In this document: one piece after another, positions 50,541-64,000 of the stretch | How the letters are laid out: every line of letters starts with the position of its first letter | Numbering within the stretch: the first letter of the stretch is position 1 | Source of the DNA: Octopus sinensis | Lineage: Eukaryota | DNA: 64,000 nucleotides | Assembly: GCF_006345805.1 (NCBI RefSeq) | Contig: NC_043000.1 | Coordinates: forward strand, 81,034,001 to 81,098,000 | Reading direction: 5' to 3' | The notes under the pieces: generated by a model | Databases searched by the model: none | What the model was told of the DNA's origin: nothing | The model's input: the letters and a program-made list of their open reading frames with translations, nothing else | Made by a program: the position numbers and the translations under genes

Positions 50541-52249
50541 TCACACCCAGAACTTTTCAGAATTGCTGATATGGCTAGGGGAAAAAGCTTTTTCAATTTA
50601 GTTGTATTTAGCATAATTTCACTTACTTATGATTAGATTTTATTAAATTTTCATTAAATAAAAATAATTTCTGTTTAACAGGTATCACTTTGAAAGCTAT
50701 TAAATTATGAAGTGTTTGTGTTTATAATAAACATTGTTTTACATTTCTTGCTCACAAGAAATTATGTCTGATCTTTAGCATACTTCTGTATGTCTTCTCA
50801 AATCACAATCATAGAAAAAGTTGTTGAATATTCAACAAAAACAAAACTGATAAATACGCATAAGTGTTGCAAAATAAGTTTAATTACCAATAAACATCAG
50901 TTTGGATGACACTTTACTCAATTGACAGAGGAAGGTGATCGATCAAACTGATTATGTAAACAGAATTCTGATGGGTTGAAAGTGTCTTCTTGTCTCAAGC
51001 TCTGATTTTTTGCTTATTCTTGTTGGAACCTTTGATATGGAATATTGAAATTTTAATCCCTTTCACACTTATAAAATGTCAAGCAAAATTTGTCATTACT
51101 GTTTTAGCCAGGAGACCAAACTGATAGTTTGGTAACCCACCAAAATAAAAATTAAAAATCAAAAGGAGAAAATATACAGCTTTGAAAGTTTAACTCAGTG
51201 TTTATTGAACAAGAGAAGTGTGAAATTTATGAAGCAACTTGTTAGAATGTACACGTCTGTGAGAAGACATAAACAAGAAAGGCAAAAATCTACTATACCA
51301 AAAGAACTGGTAATACATACATTACAAGTGTTCTATGAAAAGAACATAAAGTTGCTGCATAATTCAACATGAATGTGAAACAACATTAAACATCGTATAA
51401 GGTATATGAAGGTTTCTGTAGGAACACTTAGTCATATTCACTTAGTTGGTTTACATGTGCAAGAAGGAATTATGATGTTGTCGTCAGCATTAGATGCAAT
51501 AAAATATGGCCTGGACTATGATTACCAGCATGAACGTCAAACTTCAAAAAGTAGTTAACCATTTAATGGTTTTAGTAAATTTATACAGAAAAAGTAAGCA
51601 TTATACCGTCCAGCATAAATAAAAGTCAACTTCATTATATTCTTTCTGTAAAAACCTATTTTGACATTAAATGAGTCAACTTCCAGTACAAATGCTTTAC
51701 ATTTGTACGACATTTTTCGACAAAGAAAATTCTGGAAATGCTCTACTCATATAATTTACACACTCACAAAAGTTTCTTTTTGTTTTTCCAAAAAAAGTGC
51801 GTGAATTACATGGGTTTTTATAGTATGTTTGTCATGTGTTTCAACTTCTAAATGCAAATACACTACAGTTACCATGGAGAAAAGTCTCTCTTATGGTAAA
51901 AAGGTATGAAAACACCCAGTTCATTCAGTATTGCCATCTGTTGGGAATCTCAGACATTGATATTTCAAGTTTTTTGACTCTTGTCAATGAGATGTACCTA
52001 AGAGATGATTCTTTATTATGATAATTAATATCTTACTTAGAAAAGGACAATACAGGACATTACAAACAAATACTGCTATTATGAGTTCATATTATGATGA
52101 TTTTAAAAATTCAATGATGTATATAATATTTTAAAATTTTGTGCCTTTTACAAATAAATCATGACTGTTCAACAACTACACCTTGCTTTTACCAGGAATG
52201 AGATTAAGTAGGGTCAATGACGCCCAACTTCCTTGCTACATCCTTCCAT

Positions 52250-54974
52250 CTTTTCCTGAATATACTTTGTGACAGTTATCTCCTCTCAAGCCCTATCTTG
52301 CTCTTCAGATGATATCTGAAGTAATACAGCAGTCCAGGGCTGAAGATGAAGGAACCTATCATGAGTGCTTACATTCTAGTTCTCCATACACACATCTCTC
52401 CCCACTGCATGTAACTTAGCCCTAATCTACACCATTCGTGTTTGGCTTTGAGATGTCGGAACAAAACCACTCTCACTGCCATCACTCTGGATGCAGAGCC
52501 AGATTCCATGGCTTCCTCTAATTCCTTAATTAAGTTCCCTTCTATTCTAGTCTTCTCTAAACTTAGCTGATTACTAAATCTAAGAGACTCAGAACAAATG
52601 GCTTAATTGGGGGTGCACCACCACCTATTATTAATGATGGCTCCGCATAATGCCCTCTGCACTAACTCCTTAACCCAGGCACGGAAGGTTTTACAAGTCA
52701 AATTAGACTTGTTCATTTTCCAGTACCCTGGTCCCTGTCTATGACACTTATGTAAGTAAGTACACCTCACGCATCACAAACTTGTGATCCATGTAAGGGA
52801 CACAACAAAAGCATAGACAACTAAGCGTATTCTTATCTCTATCTCTAATGAATATCCTATCTAAATAAGATCTGCGTGAACTGTTGTTATTAGTCCACGT
52901 CTACTGTAGAACGAGTGGTTCATCCAGTCTATATTGATCAACTAGGTTATAGCTTCTTAGTAGCCTTTTGAGGCCAGGGTTTTCTTTTCTATCAGTCAAG
53001 CTAACACTATCTACCCATGCATCAATAATAGCTATCCAGGTCCCAAAGAAAACCAGTTTGTCTATACTCTTTAGGTGCGTAGATAGCTACCAGCCTGAAG
53101 GATTGTTTACTTATGTGTGTCACATCCAAAACGACCAGCTTACCTTCTGGGATCAGAAAGACTGTACTTACCTGTACGTCCAAGTTTTGTCTGAATAAGA
53201 CCACTACACCCCTGCATCCCGCCGACTAGGAGAAAGAAATATTTCGTGGCCATTCAGAAGAGGCGAAAACACTTGTGGCCCATTCAGCTCAGACTCAGTC
53301 ACAACACAAACATCAATGTTTAGTGACCTAAGGTCGTTCAGGAGACAAGTTTTTTTTTTCCATCTCAACCCCAGGCCACGTGCATTTATACACCCTAACT
53401 TAATCTCTATGGTAAAAGTTTACTTACATTTTAAGTTTGGGGAGGTGTTGCATGAATTCGGCAACCTTCCCATCCTTTTCTTTCTGCAGTGTAGCTGCTG
53501 GCGCTAAACATAAACATTTTGTCTGCCATCTCCTGGCTTACATCATGAATTTCTTTGACCTCTTGGAACAGCTCTTCATCCATTCTCGCCAGACAGATGT
53601 TAGACGGCATGTCTTTTATTACTTTATGTACATGCACCTTATGATGCAATCAAACTAATCTTGCTAATACAGCATTTTTTCGTTGAAAGAGACTATATTT
53701 TCTTGTGCTTTGGGGTGGGGTTTGGTAAAGGGTTTTAAAATGGGGTGGAGTGAAGAATTTTTTCTTGTGTGTCTGTGATGATTTTGTTTGTTTTCTTTGT
53801 CTGGGGAGGGGAGTCTGGGGCTTGGGTTTTTTGCTTTTGTGTGATATGACCATGGTAAATTCCATATCCTCTTCCACCACAAAAGTTGTTTTCTACTTTT
53901 TTCTCTTGGATTTCTTGCTCATCTTTTTCCTTCTTTTCTTTTACTTTCTCTTCCTTTTCTTGTTGTTCATTCATGTTTTCTTTAGTATTTTCTTTTTGAG
54001 GAGGGGCTTCAGTCTTTTTTGGTTTTTTTCTCACATTCGCCATACTTGAAGCACCGAGGCCTATGTCCCTCAACTGCGACTCTGACGCTCAGCCCCTCTC
54101 CTATAAAAACTCTATTGGGCAGCATTTCCAACACTTCATTCGAAGGTTGTACAAACATTTCGAGTGTCTCTCCCCTCCAATTCACTGCCTCCCTCTACTT
54201 CATTTGCAGTATCACCTCCATGTCATAAATTACGGCTGCTGCTATCCACATCATACCCAGCTGGTATTTCTTCCACTGTTATCTTGGCAGTTCTTCACTC
54301 TAGATATGTGGGTAGCAATATGATTTCTTCATTTTTCAACGTTCTTGTTGACACCTCTCTTACATTATTTGCGTTTTCGAACTGTGCCTCTACTGTGGCA
54401 CTCCTTATCCCATGTAGTACGTAGGTAATTTGGTTCCAAATGGGTGCCAAGCACCTCTCCACTACCTCATTCTTTACTGACATGATTCTTTTTACCTTTA
54501 TATTGAATATTTTGTACACCACTGTTTTTGCCATTAAACTTTGTACCGTTTCCTGCAGGGGCAGTAACTTGGTATCATTACCATATTTCCTGATTAAGTT
54601 GCAGTACTTGAACAATTGTTACATGGTAACATTCATTTCTATTAAATTTCAGCCTACAGCAGCCAAAAAACTGGGGTTTTCCTAAGTTTCTTTTTGAACA
54701 TTAGCTGACTTTTCCTTCACAGGGAAATCCTTTTTGATAATAAATTAAATTCCATTTTGCAAAATATAGCTTCCTTCAACAGGAATAAACACACAAATTT
54801 CAAAAATAATTTTTGATAAAAATTAATATTTTTACTCTACAATGAGTAAAAATAACAGAAAAAACAGTTCAAATCCAACAAGTGTAACAAACAGTACAAT
54901 AACAATGAGCATTAAACAGAATGAACTCACAAAAGCAACAGCAGCCAAACGAGATGTAGGTGAGAGATGCAACT
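52250..54974 (-). mobile_element. Degenerate Tx1/L1-like LINE: 5' UTR, ORF1 and APE-endonuclease part of ORF2
   Basis: ORF1 piece 54295-54615; RGVVVLFRQNLDVQV..GKLVVLDV..FRLVAIYAP (APE); GPGYWKMN..IINNRWW at ~52620-52740. Confidence 0.7.
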
Positions 54975-55109
54975 CTGAACAAACTTAATAAAGCTATAGC
55001 TTTATATATAATTCAGTCAACATGTTCACTGATTTGTGCTAGTAGATCACCTGATCAAATTAATTAACAGAGCATAGGTGCAAAGCAGTGTTTAGGTATG
55101 AGCAAAGTT

Positions 55110-55316
55110 TAGGTTAGTTGAAATATGTTTGTCACATACTTCAAGTGCTTAAGGCAAATACACTGCAGTTACCATGGAGAAAAAATATCTCTCTTATAGT
55201 AAAAAGGTGTGAAAATACCCAGTTTGTTCAGTGTCACCATCTCTCGGGAATCTCAGACATTGATGTTTCTGTCTTTAGCAGTTGAAATATGTGAGAAACA
55301 TATTTCAACTAACCTA
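55110..55316. mobile_element. 207-bp MITE with ~36-bp TIRs
   Basis: taggttagttgaaatatgttt..acata inverted at 55280-55316. A diverged copy of the core lies at 51827-51966. Confidence 0.65.
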
Positions 55317-55389
55317 CATATATATATATATATATATATATATAAATCAATAAATGGTGTGGTTATGTTGACTGCACGTGGAGAAATGA

Positions 55390-55858
55390 TAGGCAGGGAA
55401 AAATTATAAAAAGGCAGAATGCTAATTTGAAAGAAAATTTTAATGAAAATGGGTGTATGGAAAATTTTGAAAAATTGATAAAATATATATATTAATTCAA
55501 ACCGCTTTTCGTCATAATGTGACTTTTCAAGAGTTGTAAAGAAAATTTATTTTTAAATTTGAGGAGGGGGAAAAAAAGAAAATTACATTGTTTTTTGCAA
55601 AAAATAATAATAAATATATATATTTATTAATTTTTGTATATATTTATTATTATTTTATTTGCAAAAAAACGATGTAATTTTCTTTTTTCCCCCCCTCCTC
55701 AAATTAAAAAAAAAAAATTTCTTTACAATTCTTGAAAAGTCACATTATGACGAAAACCGGTTTGAATTAAAATATATATTTTATCAATTTTTCAAAATTT
55801 TCCATACACCCATTTTCATTAAAATTTTCTTTCAATTTTTATAATTTTTCCTTGCCTA
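55390..55858. mobile_element. ~470-bp foldback/MITE (almost entirely palindromic)
   Basis: Arms 55390-55620 and 55640-55858 with scattered mismatches and a 14-nt indel; TA at both ends. Confidence 0.8.
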
Positions 55859-56195
55859 TATATATATATATATTATATATATATATATACACATATACAT
55901 ATAAAACACAATGGATCAAAGGTCCTTCCCAAATTATAAGCTCATAAAGTTACTTTTCTCTCCCTGATTCTGTGGCATATATATTCCCATGAATTGGATG
56001 CCAATCTATTGCAGAATTACTCATTTTTACCAGCTGAGTGAACTGGAGTGGTATAATATGGAGTGTTTGGCTCAAGAACACATCACTCACACCAGGAAAT
56101 GAAGCCACAATCTTATGGTCATGAGCGAAACATTTTAACCACTAAGCTACGTGCCTCTACACATGCACACACACACAAACACATACACACACACA

Positions 56196-56277
<82 letters not shown>

Positions 56278-56872
56278 ACATGTAGATAGGTAATTCATTA
56301 TATCATAATATTTGTATGTGTGCTAATATATTCTTTGTAGTATGGTTGATGATAACTCCCAATATCCCAACACACAACACCTACATCAGGTAGCATTACT
56401 AACTGCAGTTCATTGACCTCACAGAATTTGTTTTCCATTCCTATTTCAATCCTTGACAGATATTCCACTGACTCCCTGCCCTTGTAATCTATAACTACTC
56501 TTGGTGATTTATTTCAAACTTTAATGCTATATGTCTCAACCATTCCATAATTTACAGTCAGTATCTTTCTCAAAACATTCCAATTTCATTCTATAATATT
56601 TTTGTGTTCCTTTCAGACTATTTTCTTTTGTATGTTTTTGTATGTTTGTAAGTTTATATCTTGAAGAATGAAAGGAAACAAAATGAAAATAAGAGAGAGA
56701 AAAACAAAAACTATCAACTGAAATGTTGTCAAAGGTTTTTTGATAAATTACAGGATTTTTAATAATGATGATCATCATCATGGTGGTGGTGGTGATGGTG
56801 ATGATAGGTATTCCTATTTTGATGTATATACATTTACATGCACATATACTCATGTGTGTGTGTGTGTATGTA

Positions 56873-56963
<91 letters not shown>

Positions 56964-57744
56964 GTGCAGGCATTGCTGTGTGGTAAGAAGTTTGATTCCC
57001 AACAACATGTTTTGGGGTTCAGTCCTACTATGTGATATTTTGGGAAAGTGTTTTCTACTAAAGCTCTTCAATCAAATGTGAGGGAATTTGGTGGGTGAAA
57101 ATTGAAAGAATTATATTGTGTGTGCATGAGAGAGAGAGAGAGAAAGTGTGTGTGTGTGTGTGTGTGTACATGTGCCTGCATGTTTGTGAGTATGTGTACT
57201 AATGTTTCCTTGCTTTGTAGTTGTTGTGGTAGTTTTGAAAGTGTCACCACCAACATCCTTCACTTCCATTAAATAACACATGTGTGGATCAAAGAACACC
57301 AACCCAATCATGCACACACACTCCTACATGCATGCACACACATATGTGATGGACTTTTTCACATGGTTTCTCTCTATCATATTTATTCCAAGACTTGGCT
57401 GAAGGTGTTATGCAGAGGGACAGAACCTGAAACCACATGGTTGAGAGGCAAACGTCTTAGGTATAGCTGTGTGGTAAGTAGTTTGTCTCTCAACCATGTG
57501 GTATATATTATATTATATTTCTTACTTGTTTCAGTCTTTAGACTGTGACCTTGCTGGGGCAGTTCCTTGAAGAATTTTTTTAGACGAACAAATTAACCCT
57601 TGTATATATATTTTTTGAAAGTCTGGAACTTATTTTATTGAACTGCCAAGTTACAGGGACATAAACTGTTGTAATTCTTAAAATGTTGGATTGATATTAC
57701 ACCCACCTCAGTATATAGTATACTTAGTAAAACCAGTTGTAAAG

Positions 57745-59670
57745 ACACAACTATCTCTGATTTCTTTTATTAAACACAAGGCTCTTATAAAGATGGGACG
57801 ATACAAAGACAGCCGAAACAATACAGTGGGGTACACAAAACATATAGCAAATGAAATTATGAATAAAATGATGAATGAAATGAAATGTCTTACCTGCCCA
57901 CCACAAGCAGGCAGTTTCATTTTACTGTTTATGTATATCATTTAACTTTCTGTTCAATATTCTGCTTTGTATCTGTTTTTTCCCCCTGTTTTTGAAAAGT
58001 CACTAGTAATTCAAATTTAAAAAATGTTTGACTTATTTTCTTTTATAATAAAAACTGCATTATATCCTCAAATGCCATCATATCAAAACTGCAGTGGCGA
58101 TACCTCTATCTCCTCTCCAAATAGCTCCTTCAACCTCTAACCCATCTCCTTCTCAAGCAAGACCTCCTTGAATCCTTTGGTGCACACCTTAAGGCTCAAT
58201 TTCACCCTAATAACATGTTTCATTTTAGTGATCCTTTTTTCAATCTTCACATTTTTTCTATACTGCATGAATGTTCATATACTTCTCCTTTGGCTCTTCT
58301 CTCTGTTTACCATCACCAAACTCTTCTGTTGTCACTGGTATCTCCAATTCTTCCCTCTCTGCATGTCTCTAACTCAATGCCGCTGACATTTCTCCTCTAT
58401 CTTCCCTTTTTTTCTGTCCTTTTGCATTCCCCTCCTTGCTAGTTGGTGGTATCAATCTCTGTTTTCTCTCTGTGTCTTTCTCATTTGATTTTGTCGGTAT
58501 CTCATTTCTTTTCTGCTTGTTCACTTCTCCCTCCTTTGGTAAACCTTGTCTCTCCTCTACACTTCCTTTTCTTTTCTTCATGGGACTCTTTGTTGGTGAG
58601 TCTGCATTTCCTTCTCTCTTCTTTCTCTTCACCACTGTGTACATTTCTTCCATATTTTCCACTGACCTCTGCTTCTCTATACCTTGAACCTCTTCCTCTC
58701 CTTGCCATTCCTTCTTCGTCATTCCCTCTTCATGTTTCTGGGGACACTTAGCTTTCATGTGTCTCTGTACTCCACACTGAAAGTATATGGGAGGGCTTCT
58801 CTCCATTATCACTCTTAGCTTCGTCTCGTCTGGTAACACTACCTCTTCTGCAATTTTGTGGTGGTCTGGTAAACTGATTTGTATCGTCACCTCAAGGCCA
58901 TATCCCCAACAGTTTACCTCTGTTCTTGTTATTTTGAGAATTTTCATCTCTTGTTCTGTGTTGTATAGGATGGCTGTCACCAGCCATGCCTCTTCAATCT
59001 CCAGGGGCATACTGCCAATCTTAACTTTGGCCGCACGTTTGCCACAGTAGGTTGGCAGTAGTACCCACTCAGATGATCTCAAAGGCACAGTAGAGTGCTT
59101 TATTGCTTCTTGTTTGCTCGCAAAGTAAACCTCCACTGTATCATATTTCTTGCCTCTAGTATAAAATGTTGCAAGCCTTTTAATATCTTTTAAACAACCC
59201 TTTACTGCCTCTGCTGTCACTATTTCAATCCTTTTGGTAGCTATAGATAGCATTTTATAGATCAATGTCCTTTTGTCTGCCTTCTCAATTACTTCCTTGG
59301 GCGGGGTCAGCCTCAGGCTGTCTCCTACCTTCGCTATCAGTTTGTTGAAATTCTTTAAATTCGTCTCCTCTATCTTCACCTCTCTTGCTTGTAAAATATC
59401 CACCGTCAAACTTTTCCTAGTTACTGCAGCGTAACTGTCGGCTGGAACTGGTTGACTCTGCATTACTTCATTAGTAACAACTTCAACAATAAATGGGAAC
59501 AAAAACAAAAATTAACAGGTAACGAACAACAATTCAACAATTTCAATAATTCGACAATTAGGTACAGTAGACCTTCAGCAATTAAGCAACTAGCAACTTA
59601 CATGAAGCAACTAACAGCAAACTACAAGAGGGAATCAAACAACTTGACTACTCTGGAGATACAACTATTT
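57745..59670 (-). mobile_element. ORF1-only (ORF2-less) Tx1/L1-related element
   Basis: 5' end agttgtatctc resembles agttgcatctc of the 54974 element. ORF1 is followed within about 600 bp by a 3'-UTR-like tail with AATAAAAGAAAT; no EN/RT seen. Confidence 0.55.
58369..59463 (-). CDS. LINE ORF1p-like protein (364 codons from the first ATG) with a degenerate zinc knuckle and a basic/acidic tail
   Basis: Uninterrupted ORF; SYAAV motif; FQCGVQRHMKAKC knuckle. Aligns by eye with the 54295-54615 ORF1 (LIYKMLSIATKRI..VLLPTYCG vs VVYKIFNIKVKRI..ILLPTYLE). Confidence 0.7.
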   Translation of the reverse strand: MQSQPVPADSYAAVTRKSLTVDILQAREVKIEETNLKNFNKLIAKVGDSLRLTPPKEVIEKADKRTLIYKMLSIATKRIEIVTAEAVKGCLKDIKRLATFYTRGKKYDTVEVYFASKQEAIKHSTVPLRSSEWVLLPTYCGKRAAKVKIGSMPLEIEEAWLVTAILYNTEQEMKILKITRTEVNCWGYGLEVTIQISLPDHHKIAEEVVLPDETKLRVIMERSPPIYFQCGVQRHMKAKCPQKHEEGMTKKEWQGEEEVQGIEKQRSVENMEEMYTVVKRKKREGNADSPTKSPMKKRKGSVEERQGLPKEGEVNKQKRNEIPTKSNEKDTERKQRLIPPTSKEGNAKGQKKREDRGEMSAALS

Positions 59671-59899
59671 CTGACCACCTACTAAAACTTCCTTTATTTA
59701 TAGTAACTATGTTATTCGATTTGTCACATGGGAGGGGTGTACCATTATTCCTAATTTTCTAGAACATCTCCCATTATAAGTTTTTCTTAGGTAGTGTCCT
59801 TTTATTTAGCTATAATTGTTTTTATTCACTCCACCTCCCTTATTTTAGTTTTTCTTCATACAATTTAATATTTTTTGCCCTTGGCATCTATTTTTAGGA

Positions 59900-61250
59900 A
59901 CTCTTTATGCTTTCTTTTCCTCTCACTTGTACACCTGGGTTCAATCACTTGCAATGGTGTTGGTACTTGGAACATATCGTACAACCATTCCATCTCTTTT
60001 TCAGTTGGTTCCTGTGCCTTTTTTGTATGCCTTTTCTACTTTTTACCCAATACATAATTTTACCTATGCATTTGGTAATTACACCATCTTCCCAACTCTG
60101 CTTTCTATTCTTGTATGCTCTCATATACACCTTTTCGCCAACTTTAAAAATCTTGCTATGTCTTCCCTGACACTTTCTTTTCTGCCAGGTAGCAATTTAT
60201 CAAAGACTGTTTCTACTTTCCTTGCAAACATCAACTCCACTGGTGAGCTACCTGCTAGTGTATTCGGATTTGGTGTCACATGGTACTCTCTTAAGAATTG
60301 TTGTAGAGCTACCTCATCTGTGACTTCCTTATTTGACTTTCTTAGGGCCCTCTTGAAGGTGTTGACAAAGTGTTCTGCCTGTCAGTCAGATCTGGGATGG
60401 TATGGTGCAGTGGTTATATGTTTTACCATGAACATTTCACAAAATATTTAAAATCTGCTTGACACAAATTACATTCCATTGTCAGACGCTATTTTGTTTG
60501 GGATGCCAAATCTTGCAAACAATTTGTATAAAAAATTTATCACAATCGAGGAGGTTGGTTTCTAACACTTGCAAGTTTCGGGCCATTTCGAGAAACTCTC
60601 AACTACCACTAAGTAGTAAGAACCATTAAAAGGACTTGCAATATCAATGTGTAATCTCAACCATGGAACATCTACTTTTGAAGAATGTTTACTTTTTATT
60701 GTAGGCAATTTTTCATTTCGTTATGGCTTATATACAGGTTTTCTGCTCTGTTTTACTGCAATTTTTTGTTTCAATCCCACAGCTGCATTCAAGCCTTCAA
60801 CTGAACTGACTATATTTCCATACAAAACACTTATGGGCATTTTCCATACTTTGAATAGTTCCATCCACTCTGTGCCAAATAGATTAAGTAAATCTTTTAA
60901 TAAATATATCTTTGCTTTTTTTTGTTTCACCGCGAAATGTTACATTGCAAATGAATTCACTGAAAAAGTATTATCTTTTTCCCGTAACAGCATGTACTGC
61001 CTTTTTTGATTTAAATAATTTTGGCTTGCTGACATATTTCTATGTTTTCTCGTTTATAATGGTGATGTCCCTACCAGAGTCCAATTGCATTTTAACACTT
61101 GTATTTCTGATTTTCACCTTCATGAATTTCCTTATTGTTTTACTACCAATTTCTTTTGATGACAAACTATCTATTTTTTTTTCTTTGTTCATGCAACCTA
61201 GCATTATCTTCTGTTCACTTGTTGAAGCACCTTAAATGAAGTTGCACAGA
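59900..61250 (-). mobile_element. Ty3/Gypsy LTR-retrotransposon remnant: protease region fused to integrase, RT/RNase H missing
   Basis: PWLRLHIDIASPFNGSYYLVVVESFSKWPE; ARFGIPNKIASDNG; TAPYHPRSDWQAEHFVNTFKRAL; VTPNPNT..SPVELMFARKV. Upstream NLFGTEWMELF..QSRKPVYKP. Confidence 0.75.
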
Positions 61251-61990
61251 CAATTATGCTAGGTTGCATGTGCAAATGTGCATACACTGTGCATCAGAAA
61301 CATATGTCAGTCATTTTAACCAAATAATTATGCTGTATGACCAACTTTAAAATTAAAGCATAAAATTTGATGATGTACCAGTCTCAGTATTCTTTATAAC
61401 TGTTTGAAATCTACATTCCTGATAGTATTCTAATCCAGAGAAATGAACTTAGAATTATCCATCAGAAGAATTACAGCATGATTGCTAATACTAAGCAATC
61501 ATTGATGCTTATTACTACTAGATGAGGTTAGTCATAACCTGGAATATACCCAAGAGTTACCACAGTACCTGCATGGATAATTTTATCCCTATATGCTCAC
61601 AATATATAATGTTTAATATAAGCCATTTCTAAGAGAGGAGGGAAGTACATATTATAGCTGTAATCCAGTTCACTTGACTGAGTATATATACTTAGTCCAA
61701 CTGCCCAAGATGGCAGTATGAAGTGCAGGGCTATAGACCAGCTATCATGGAAAATTTAAGCCAGAGCCCTCGATGGATTTAGAGGACTGGGATGAGTGTG
61801 CAGAGGGAATAGAAGGATCATGGTGAGGAGTTGTTGACATGAGAGGAAGACAAAGAATGGGAGGAGATAAGTTATACATTAAGAAGCTTGACCAAATTCA
61901 GTTATTAACCAGTTTATATTAATAGTAAAGCGACCTTGAATCATCCTGTCAATGAATATATACATACATATGTGTGCTTGTGTGTGGGGA

Positions 61991-62028
<38 letters not shown>

Positions 62029-62874
62029 TATACAATATACGGCGAGCTTCTTTCAGTTTCCATCTACCAAATCTATTCAAGGCTTTTGTTATCCTGAGAC
62101 TAGAGTAGAAGACACTTACCCTAGGTGCCATGCAGAGGGACTGAACCTGAAACCAAGTAGTTGGGAAGCAAGCTTCTTACTACACAGCAACACATATACT
62201 TAACATATTTATTTATTCAGTTATTCAAAATCCTTCTATAGATTAGGTATGGCAGGGTGGCTAAGAAGTTTGCTTTGAAACCAAATAGTTTGGGTTTCAG
62301 TTCCATTTGTCTAACACTTTGGGTTAATGTCTTCTTCTATGACCCTATACACACACATATATTTATATATAAACATGAGTATACATGCATATTCATACAT
62401 ACATATATATGTATATAGGTATATGTAGACACACACACACACATATATACATTTATGCATGCTTTGTGTATGTGCTTTGAGGTGAGAAGTGTGATGAATG
62501 CTGAATAAAGAGAAGATGTATCTATTTAAATATTTAAATATAAAATATATATTTATTCCTAATTGAAAAATATATTTATTGAGCATCAAGAAATTCTATC
62601 TCATTATTATTATTGCAGCTTTAACAAGTCTTAATCATGAAAATCATTTTGTGCTTATGTTATGTATTTTTATGCTTTTGTTCTACAGCTTTATTAAAGA
62701 CAAAATATTGAATACAATTTTATAGTTTCTCATATTTCATCAATGGCATTTATTACTCTAATTTACTTAAAAGTTAATTAACAATGCTTCAAGGAAGTTA
62801 AAAATATATAAATGAATGCATGAATGAAATTAGAAACATGATTTCATGTACCATTTGGTTGTTGTTGTCATTGT

Positions 62875-62953
62875 TGCTGGTGGTGGTTGTGGTGGTGGTG
62901 GTGGTGGTGGTGGTGGTGGTGGTGGTGGTGGTGGTGGTGGTGGTGGTGGTGGT
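62875..62953 (+). repeat. (GGT)n microsatellite
   Basis: Direct reading; source of the poly-W ORF. Confidence 0.95.
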
Positions 62954-63748
62954 TGTCATCATCATTGTGGTTGCAGCGTGGTCTCATGATCAGCTATAAT
63001 CCAAGAGACTATAATCAAAGGAGTTCCAATTGTGACCATCCTGGCTGTTATTCAAAGCTAGGCCCAGAACTATATTATTCATAAAGACTATACAATCTGA
63101 TTTCGTGAGATTTGCCTGACTGCTATTTCTAGCAGATGGAGTGATCATATAAAGACTCTGAGAGTTCGCATGTTACCATCGCTGGCCCATCTCACCAAAC
63201 CCACCACCATCCTTTATATTGTCTATAACTTTCACTATTACTCACCTATATTCATCATGCTTGTGTGAGTTGACCAACAAAGATGTTTCTATGCAGTCAC
63301 ATGGCCTGCTAGAAACATCAGCTGAATTACCCTCAAAAACTGGCACACCAGGTAATGTAGTCCTAGTTACACTGTCCAAAACTTAAAATAGATGTGTTGG
63401 TCATAGCTGGAATGTTTTTGATCATAGTCTGCTCATCTACAGCAGACTACCTGGGACTAAACAATAACAGCAGTAAATACATGTGTGTATGTGTGTGTGT
63501 GTGTGTGTGTGTGTATGTATTTCTATATGTATATATTTATATGTCTATATCTTTTATCTTTCATCATTTACTTGTTTCAGTCATGAGACTGTGGCCATGC
63601 TTGGGCACCACCTTCAGGAACTTAGTTGAATGAATCAACCCCGGTACATTTTTTATATTTTGTCAGTTCTTTTGCTGAACTGCTAAGTTACAGGGACGTA
63701 AGCACACTGATACTGGTTATCAAGTGGTGGTGGAGGCAAATACATACA

Positions 63749-63783
<35 letters not shown>

Positions 63784-64000
63784 CAGACTTCTTTCAGTTT
63801 CCATCTGCCAAATCCACTCACAAGTCTCTGGTCAGCCCAAGGCTATAGTAGAAGACACTTGCTGAAGGTGCCATGCAATAGGACTGAATCTGAAACCATG
63901 TGATTCTTTCTCTCCCTCTCTCTCTCTCTCTCTCTCTCCCCTCTCTCTCTCTCTCTCACTATATATAAATATATAAATATTATCTTTGTGGTCACTTTAC

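Noticed and set aside
50900-51560. Possible piggyBac-like transposase remnant
   Set aside because: Only vague motif resemblance in broken frames; not supportable without an HMM search.
51827-55268. ~140-bp direct repeats (51827-51966, 55125-55268) flanking the Tx1-like element, suggesting LTRs
   Set aside because: The second copy is the core of a TIR-bounded MITE, the copies are clearly diverged, and neither abuts the element; these are dispersed MITE copies.
62875-62953. (GGT)n as a functional G-quadruplex
   Set aside because: Only two-tier potential, and such microsatellites are common here; no evidence of function.
1-64000. CRISPR arrays, rRNA or bona fide tRNA genes
   Set aside because: None seen; the tRNA-like A/B boxes all belong to SINE heads and no full cloverleaf was found.

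Overview
AT-rich, microsatellite-dense animal genomic DNA. The repeat families and composition suggest an Octopus/coleoid cephalopod genome (inference). Only one host exon is supported: an 89-nt exon (15922-16010, +) encoding part of the N-terminal cAMP-binding domain of Epac (RAPGEF4-like). The rest looks like giant intron(s) filled with transposable elements: nested mariners, two co-oriented stacks of R4/Dong-clade (RT+REL) retrotransposons sitting in (TAA)n tracts, Tx1/L1-like, RTE and Ty3/Gypsy remnants, tRNA-derived SINEs, MITE/foldbacks and Penelope-like ends. The most notable signal is a set of minimal type-I hammerhead ribozyme motifs. One has a fully intact core, lies about 480 nt downstream of the Epac exon and sits inside a 164-bp near-perfect inverted repeat. 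Another family places a hammerhead behind a tRNA-type Pol III head (a hammerhead-bearing SINE). Several occur as outward-facing inverted cassettes. All coordinates were read by eye and may be off by a few bases. No database search or folding program was run.
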